This document shows, one piece after another, positions 51,201-60,200 of a DNA stretch of 64,000 nucleotides (positions within the stretch are counted from its first letter, which is position 1; every line of letters begins with the position of its first letter). The stretch lies in NCBI GenBank assembly GCA_024679065.1, contig JAGIQG010000009.1, forward strand, positions 55,552,001 to 55,616,000, read 5' to 3'. Origin of the DNA: Sphyrna mokarran (lineage: Eukaryota). The notes below the pieces were generated by a model, which saw only the letters and a program-made list of their open reading frames with translations, made no database searches and was not told the origin of the DNA. A program made the position numbers and the translations under genes.

Positions 51201-54200
51201 GAACATCAATTCGCTTCCGAGCGGTTCCAGCTATGTTTGTTGCCATGCACAGATAACGACCTGTATCTGTTACTTGAGCTGAGCCAATTTGCAAAGAACC
51301 ATCATCCAAGAATGAATACCTAGTGGGGGGAAAATATTAATTTCATATAGCACATTTTGCAGAAACATCTCAAAATCACATAATTAATTACTTTTGGATT
51401 GCAGCATCAATTCTAACAATGTTATTCACTAACATTTTGTTGAGGGCCAGAGGATCAGGATCCCTTGTATGTAAGTAATTAGCCATAGACCTTATGTATT
51501 ATCCAATGGCTGCTCTCAAGAATGAGAGCATCCAAAAATGATAGATACAGACTGGTACTTGACATTTCTCACACAATGAATATTTTATTTTAGTAATGCC
51601 ACTGTGGGATCTTGGGATTAATTGGTTTAGCAAAAAAAGTGTCATGCACTTCACAAAAGGAGCTTATGATATTTATATTGTATTTTCTACTTTAACAGAG
51701 GCATTGTGATGGGAAGATAGTGTAGTGGTTATATTGTTGAATTAGTCATTCAGTAAAATAAAAATAGAAAGTAGCCAATTTGATGGCATTGTGGAGAGAG
51801 AAACAGAATTAACATTTCAGATCAAGGACCTTTCTTCAGGACTGAAGGGAATAGAGATTGAATAAATTTTAAGGAAGTGGAAAGGAGGAGGAGCAGAAAA
51901 AGGACAAAAGGGAAGGTCTGTAATAGGGTGGAGCATGAAAGGGATTAACTAACAAAAGATTTTATGGTACAAAAAGCAAAGAAAATAGGTCATTGGCTGT
52001 AGTATAAAACAAAAGACTTGCCCACAGCAGATGTGAATTACCCAATAATGAACAACTGTCTCTGAAAGTAACATCATGAAAAATAAATTTGGTGGTGGTG
52101 GTGGTAGAGAAGGTGGAGATGGTACAGAAGCGACAGGCTGAAATTGTTGACCTCAGTGTTGAGTCCAGAATGCTATATAGTGACAAATTGAAAGATCAAG
52201 TGCTATTCATCAAAGTTGCATTAAGCCATTAATGAACAGGTTGTGATTCCAGTGAAATTCAATGCAAGCTCAAAGAACAATGCTTATTTCAATTTGATTC
52301 TCTGTATGAAACAAAATTCCCTCATTTTACTTTTGCTTTTTGTGCCAATTGCATTAAGTCTTTGCCCTTTTGTTCTTGATCCTTTCATGAGTAGGAACAG
52401 TTTCTCCCCATCAATTCTATGATTTTGAATAAAAATCTCCTCTCAACCTTCCCATCTCCAAGAAAAATAGTCCTAACCCCTCCAAGTTATCTTTATAACT
52501 GAAGTTGTTCATCGTAGAAGCCATTTTCATTAATCTAGTCTGCATTCTCTCCAATGCCTTCAGGTCTTCCCTAAAATACAGAACCCAGGACGGCACACAA
52601 TACTTCTGCTATGGCTGAACTGTTGTCTTGGCAAGGTCAACACAGTTTCCGTGTTTTTTTATGCCCCCGTTAATAAAGCAGGGATACCGTTTGCTTTATT
52701 AGCTATTCTTAATCGGTCCTGCCAACTTCAATGACTTCTACACATATAAAGCCAGGTCCTTCTGCCCTTGAGCCCCTTTCAAAGTTGTATTCTTTCTTTT
52801 TCTCACCCTGTTCCTATCAAAATGAATCACTTCACATTTCTCCATGTTGAACTTCATCTGTCACTCATCTGCCATTTCACCAAATTATCTATGTTCTTTT
52901 GAAGTTCCACTTTATCCTCCACACTGTTCACAATGCTCCCAAATTTTGTATCATCTTCAAATATTAAAATTGTGCTCTGTACACTAAGATCTAGGTTATT
53001 AATATACACCAGGAATGCAAAAAACAAGCTTCACTACAAAAGTTATCTCCAGCCCAACATACATCCATTAACCATTTGTATGTGTTCTGTCATGAAGCCA
53101 ATTTTGTATCCATGTGGCTACCTTCATGAGTTATAACTTTGCTTAAAAATGTTGTTTGGAATTATATCAACAGTATTGTCCTCATCAGCCCTCTCTGTTA
53201 TCTCTTCAAAAAACTCCAGCATGGAGTTAAACATGATTTTTCCTTAAGAAATCCATGCTGACTTTCCTTAACTGATCCATATTTGTCCCTGTGATCATTA
53301 GTTTTGTCTTGGATTACTATTTCTACAAATTTTCCCAACATTGAAATTAAACTGGTTGGCCTGTATTTGTATGCCTGTAGAAAGCTTTGAGATTTCCATT
53401 TATGTTTGTTCCCAGTCTTTTTTCATATCCCCGCTTCGTTTCTTTTATTCACTTTTTCATTTCCATTCTGAACTTCTATATTCAGCCTATTTCTTCATTC
53501 TATTATACACCTGACAACTGTCATAAGCAGATCTTTTCTTCTTCTCTTAAACTCTTTCTCTCTTGTCATCCAGGGAGTTCCAGATTTGTTTACCTTATCT
53601 TTCTGTTTCAAGTAACTGTACCTTATCTTTCTCTTTCAATTAACTATATCTTAACTGTGTTTGAACTCTTCCTTGAAGGTAACCTATTGTTGACCATGTT
53701 TCCTGTCAACCTTTGATTTCAATTTATTCAGTCTAGTTCCATTCTCAGTCCACTGAACTTAGCTTTCCCTTATTAATTACTCTTATTTTATACTGTTCTT
53801 TGTCTTTTTCATTAGTCAACCTAAACCTTCTGATACAATGATCACTGTTCTCTAAATATTCTCTGAATGCTATTTGATCCATTTGGTCTACCTCATTCCC
53901 AAGAACAAGGATCAGCAGTGCCTCTCCTCTCGTTGAATTAGAAACATACTGCTTTGGAAATATTTTATGAACGCATTCCAAGAATTCTTGCCCCTCCCTG
54001 CCCTTTAGCCCACTACTATTTCAGTCTATATTTGAATAATTGAACTCCCCATTATAACTATTCTATCGTTCTTCCTTGAAAATTCGTTTCTTTTCACCAT
54101 TTGGTGAAATTACATACAAAGCAATGTAATTGCACATTTTTTGTTCCTTAGTTCTAACCTAATAATTTCTGTCCTTGATCCCTGTGACATCCTTGCTCTC

Positions 54201-57200
54201 CAGCACCACAATGCTCTCCTTAATCAATACTTCGATACTGCCATTTAGCCCCTTCCTTCCTTTCCTACCATTCCTGAATATCTTGCATCTAAGAATATGT
54301 AACATCCAGTCCTGAGCATCTTTGAGCCAGTTACCTGTTGCAGCCACATCATATTTTCTGATGAAGAGAGAGTCATCCAGACATGAAACGTTAGCTCTGT
54401 TCTCTCTCCACAGATGCTATCCGATCTACTGAGATTTTCCAACATTTTTTGTTTTTGTTTCTGATTCCAGCATCCATAATAATTTACTTTAATCATATTT
54501 TCATGTGCCAAACTACATCCGTAACTTATAAATTTTATTAATCACACACTTGTGTATTCGCATACATGCTTGTTAGTCCTAATTTAGATTTTATTACTTT
54601 CTCCCTTACTCTGATCCCACGTAATAACTTACTATTCTAGTCTTGTGCTATCTATCTCTTCCCAGTATTTTGATGTCATCTCTGATAATTCTCCCTTGTT
54701 CCCACACCCCTATCAATTTAGTTTAAGCCCTTCCGAATGGCACTAGTAAATCGTCCCTTGAGCTATATTTAAGTACATATCAACTACGCAGATTCCATTT
54801 CCCCGAGAACAGGTCCCAGTATTGCAAAAATCTAAAACCCTCTATTCTACACCATCTCACCAGCGATGCATTCATCTACTTTATTCTCTGATTTAAGTGA
54901 GTTCTGGTTGGTCAATTTTTCTCAGCTAGCTCATAAACAGGAGTCATGAGACAAAAGAGCACTAAGTTTATCAAGCCAGGTCATGGCAGCATGGTGGCAC
55001 AGTGGTTAGCACTGCTGCCTCACAGCTCCAGGCCGGGTTCAAATCCAGCTTTGGGTCACCACTGTCTATGTGGAATCTGCACATTCTCCATGTGTCTACA
55101 TGGGTTTCCTCCAGGTGCTCTGGTTTCCTCCCACAGTCCAAGGATATATGGGTTAGGTTGATTGGCCATGCTGACTTGCCCCTTAGTGTCAGGTGGGTTG
55201 ACAGGGTGGATGCATGAGTTGCGGGAATGGGGCCTGGGTGGATTGTTGTCGGTGTGGACTCAATGGACCAAATGGTCTCCTTCTGCACTGCAGGGATTCT
55301 ATGTACCAGGATGTAAATAGTCCTTAGACTGTATGATGACCCCGTAGGGCCACCGAAAAAGCTTTTAAATCCTGTTACTTTAAGTTGAGAAAAACACATT
55401 ATTAGCATTTCTCTAAATTTCCTTGCTATGCCCACCCCAGAAAAATAAATTCAATTGTGTGTGAAAAGTGACTTCTGACCGCAGGTTGCTTGTTGAAAGA
55501 ACAGCACCATCCTTTCTCCAGGTAACTTGGGGAGCTGGTACCCCACCTACTGAACAATTGAGCTCCGCAGGCTGGTTCATGTGGACAGTCACCATCTGTG
55601 GACCTTCTTTTATTGTTGGAGCAACTGTATGTTCAAAACAACAGAGATTAGGACTAATTTAATGCGGTTATATCTACATTGTTTGTCAAAAATAAAAGGT
55701 CTTGTTGAAAAAAGAAAGTCTTTCATTGCTAACAAAAGAACATCAGTCACTCAAACTGCTAATTATACAATACAATTTTGATAGAATCCCTGCATTTGTT
55801 TGAACCTTTCATACACACAAATCATTGATTTCATAGTTCAGAAAATAAATTGATCCTGGCTTTCTTGTTGGATTCTGGTAGGAGTCTAGTCTGCATGTGC
55901 ACACACTGTATTTGGAAATCTCAAACAGTAAGTGTGTACAGGATATCTGCAATTTTCCAGCACATTCTTCTGACTTGTAAGGCTCTGAGTTGATATTACA
56001 AGCTTGAAATAATGGTGAAACTAAATGCATCCCGTGGCCTGGCAGAGAGTTTGGAGGCAAAGGGAACTTAATTGGATGGGAGGTTGTTTGCTGGGGATCC
56101 TGCCATCTTTTGGTTTATGCCTGACTAAGTCTGTGACCTGTGAATAGCTTTCCTACCTAAACTCTAATTGAGGCCTTTAAGTGGGCAATTAATTACCCCA
56201 CCACCACCACTGCTATTTGAGGGTGGGAAGGGAGTTGCCATACAGGGAGCCTGTGAAGCAAAACACTATTGGGTTTGCTTGCAGGTTTTTGGTGGGGTTC
56301 ACTTATGGGTACTTCATTCTAGTGGGCCTTTCTCAAAGGAGGTGACAAAGGACAGCTATTAGTTCTTCAGCCATATGATAAACATCAGTTACTTTGGGTC
56401 CCAATGTTCCAGCAGGTGCTGTCAATTGTTTAGTTAAACCTGGCGTCACATGCCTTTACTCTTCCTTTGAGGTCAATAATTCTATTATTTTGGCATTGAT
56501 TTTAAAATCCAAACAGTCATGCTTCACATTACCATACATTTTTTCCAGAAACAGTGACTATGTTAATAATCATTTCGCTGAGCCAGAGATGGGAAGATTT
56601 TGAATGTATACTTACCATTTACTGTTACAGTAAATTCTCTTGTCATTTTTCCTGCAATATTGCTTGCAACACAAGTGTATAGGGCTGTATCTGCAAGCTC
56701 AGCATTATTAATCTGAAGGTATCGTCCATTGGAGAGGATGCGTAAACGGGGGGTGGCCTGCAAATTTAATTAAAGGAGCATGAAGTCACAGCCATAACTT
56801 CAAAAACTAGTTGGGATGCAAATAGCAAAACAAGGGTTTGAGATGAGCAGGTGGCAACCAAATGCTTTGGCTGTTCTAAATTCTATCACAATGTGTAGTA
56901 AACTCTGCTATGTTCCAACTCACACAATGTCCTGTTCACTCATTACACTTGTGTTCATTGATTTATACTGGTTCCTTATTAAGCAATGCTTTTCTTATCC
57001 TTGGATTGGAATTTGCAGTCAAATAATTAAGTGTGTTTTTAGCGGCGGGAAGGCACATAAAATATGTTGGGTGTTAGACCACTACTTTGCCACCTACCCG
57101 TGACCTCTCCCATGATACTGTGGATGGGTAAAGCGCCATTAGCCAGCCTACCCTTAAGCGGTCCACTTCTCCTGCCTCTTCAGTCATAATGAACTGGGCA

Positions 57201-60200
57201 GTGGAAAGTAAGCAAATGTGGAAAGTGGACCACAGTGGAAAGAATATATTTTAATAAATTTGGTGAAGAATTGGGAAGAAAAGTGGAATATCCTGTATGC
57301 ACGTGAGACGCCATCTCCAAGTTACCCATATTCCAAAACCTGTTAATTGTCTTTCACCTTCTCCTTCGTCCCTTCCCTGGATCTCATGGGCCTATTGGTG
57401 CAACTAGGATTTCAAGAGCTTGCAAGGCAGGATGTTCTTCTGCTGAAGGGCAGAAATCTGACCCTCTATTTGCTAAGGTTGTGGACAGCTTGCTATTGTT
57501 GATGGATTACTGTGGGTGGGTTTCCTATCAACCTTTCTTCCACTGGTCAAGTAATAATGCCCTCCTCTAAAATTCTTTGTAACTTTCTCTAGTCCCAGAA
57601 CCCTGTGAGATATCTGCTATCCTCCAAATCTAGCCCCTTGAGTTTCCTTGATTTTAATTATTCCACCATTGATGTCCACTCCTTCAGCTGCCAAAGATCC
57701 TAATTTCTGGAATTCTATCTCTAAACCTTCTATCTCTCTTTTCTCCTTCAAGACACACCTTAAAAACTACCAGTTTGACCAAATTCATTAGGTGGCAGGT
57801 ATCAAATTTTGTTTCATCACGCTCCTGAGAAGCACCTTGGACCATTTAAGGGTGCCCAATAAGAGCACGTTATTCCAAGGTGGAGTTGCTCATTCTGCTA
57901 CAGATCTTTGGAAACCCACTATCAAAATTCGTTCAACCTCCATTTGGTTTTCAGGAATTCTTTCATCAATATTGGGAAATAGACAAGACAATAATTTTGC
58001 TGATACAAATTTGTTACAATATGGCTCTGTTATCCCAGTCATTGCATTCCAAAAGTAGTTGTGTGTGCATGAGATTGTTCAGCACTATGATAAAGTCCTA
58101 TGAAAATTTAATTATTATCCTCTTATAGTAGAATAATTATCCAATTTTTTTGTTTGCAATGCTGGCAGCGATTTTGTAAGTCACTTCTGGGTTAGAATGA
58201 GCCTCAAACTATTTAACCCATCACAATATAACACTCAATGTTAAAAAGTTTTGCAATATTCTCTAAATCCAGTTACTTTGTATTAACATGGAGATGGCTA
58301 TTTACCTGTAATGGCTTGCCATCCTTTAGCCAGGTTAAGGTTGGAGGTGGTACAGCATCAGACTTGCATTCCAGGATTACCTGTCCATTTTTTAACACAG
58401 CCATGTCCTGAGGCCCACTTTGACCAGCAATGTTTGGTGGGACTGAAAGAGAAACACAATAGCAATCAAGGTAAAACTAGACAACAATGTTTAAATTAAC
58501 TCCCCCTTCCTCATAAAACAGAGTCTTCTTGATCATTGAAAGGTGTTGCACAAACTTACATAGTGATATTTATGACTGGCTTCTCTAGCCTCTACTCTAT
58601 GAACACTGAGATGGCAAACCACACACACATTTTACAGACACATAAGAATAACTCAACATAGGACTTGTTTACACACTGGGCAATGTCACAGTTTGCAAGA
58701 TTTCCTATACAGATAAGACCCTAGAAATCACCCTCCCTAGCTGATAGATACTAATAGACCTGACTCCCAAAGCATTTGAGATGTGATTTTCACAGGGTAA
58801 GTGTCTTAATAGCCCTGATCTATCTCCACAATCATAATGCACCAGTTTTCCAGGCAACTAATGCCTGGGGCAATTGTTGGAAATGGAGACAAAATACCGG
58901 GGAAGTAGACTACATTCTAAACTGAATTGTCTGTGCATGGTCTCAAAACTAAAATGAAAGGTTCTTCATCTTCAAAGTGACCAAGGCAAATAGAGAGCTT
59001 ACAGCTATTTGGTTAGTAATATTTCATTGCTGGTAGATTATTGTCTAAACTTTCACTTTTTTCTCCCATTTCAAATAAAACTTTTCAGTGCTGCAACCCG
59101 TGCTTCCAGAGGTTGGAACTGGTCATAATCTTTTTGCAAATCTCAAAAATACACAATGCAAGCACTGAATTAATTCCCTAAAGACCAAAACATGTTTAAT
59201 TAATGAGGTGGGAGACTTTACTTTCCCACTTTTCTTTGTTCTCGGGAAAGTCAGCAGAACTGGGACTGGAGGCACCAAACTGGCATTCAGGTCGTTAGTG
59301 CTATTTATTTTGCCGTTCCATCCTGATTTGGGATGGGAAAATCCAGCCCAATGTGTCAATATATTTTACTTTAAATATGCTGCAACATGTATATCTGTAA
59401 ATAAGAAAATAAACTAAATCTGCAGTAAAAATACACACATCTATTTTTATGAAACATCTCTTTCATTAGAACAAGAAACCAGATAGAGGATCTATCTGTG
59501 GAAGATGTACAATGTAATCAGAAGTCGGAAATGTAAAAATGAATACAGTACTTTCAATGTCACCATATACAGGAATGGTTGTGGTCTGAAACTTTGCTCT
59601 CTATCTTCTTCTCTCAGAGGGTAGTGAATCTCTGGAATTCTCTGCCCACTGAAGTGGTGGAGGCTACCTTGTTGAATATGATTAAGTCACGGGTAGATAG
59701 ATTTCTGATTGATGAGGGAATTAAGAGTTATGAGGAGCAGGTGGGTAAGTGGAACTGATCTACTTCAGATCAGCCATGATCTTATTGAATGGCAAGGCAG
59801 GCTCGAGGGGTTAGATGATCTACTCCTGCTTCTATTTCTTATGTTCTTATGACCCTAGTCAAAATGGTTATAGAGGGACAATTCTGGAAGCCCTATCCCC
59901 GAATCTGACTCCTGCCATTTTCACAGAGGGAGGAATGAAGTCGCATTCCAAATAGTACATCTGTGTTTCATGGAGGCAACTGTACATGTTAAAGTACAGC
60001 TGCCTCAGTTAGATCTTATTTTCACTAATGGAATGGTTAAAACACGACTTGTACACTTTAGGCTTGCTTGGACAAGGTCTACATTTATCAGAGCTCTTTG
60101 GGGAGTATAATATCTTTTGTATATAGTCCTAGGAAAGCTTTGATAAAAGTCAGATACCTTTTCAGAGGGGTAAAGTGCCCTTTGTGAGAGATAAGTTGCC

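Noticed and set aside
54985-55050. tRNA gene (also 15890-15957, 34350-34411, 47287-47380)
   Set aside because: tRNA-derived SINE heads with A/B boxes but no intact cloverleaf, followed by SINE bodies.
56060-57560. MITE-like relics flanking the exon at 56616 (also ~13740-14000)
   Set aside because: Resemble decayed shark non-autonomous DNA elements, but termini could not be defined.
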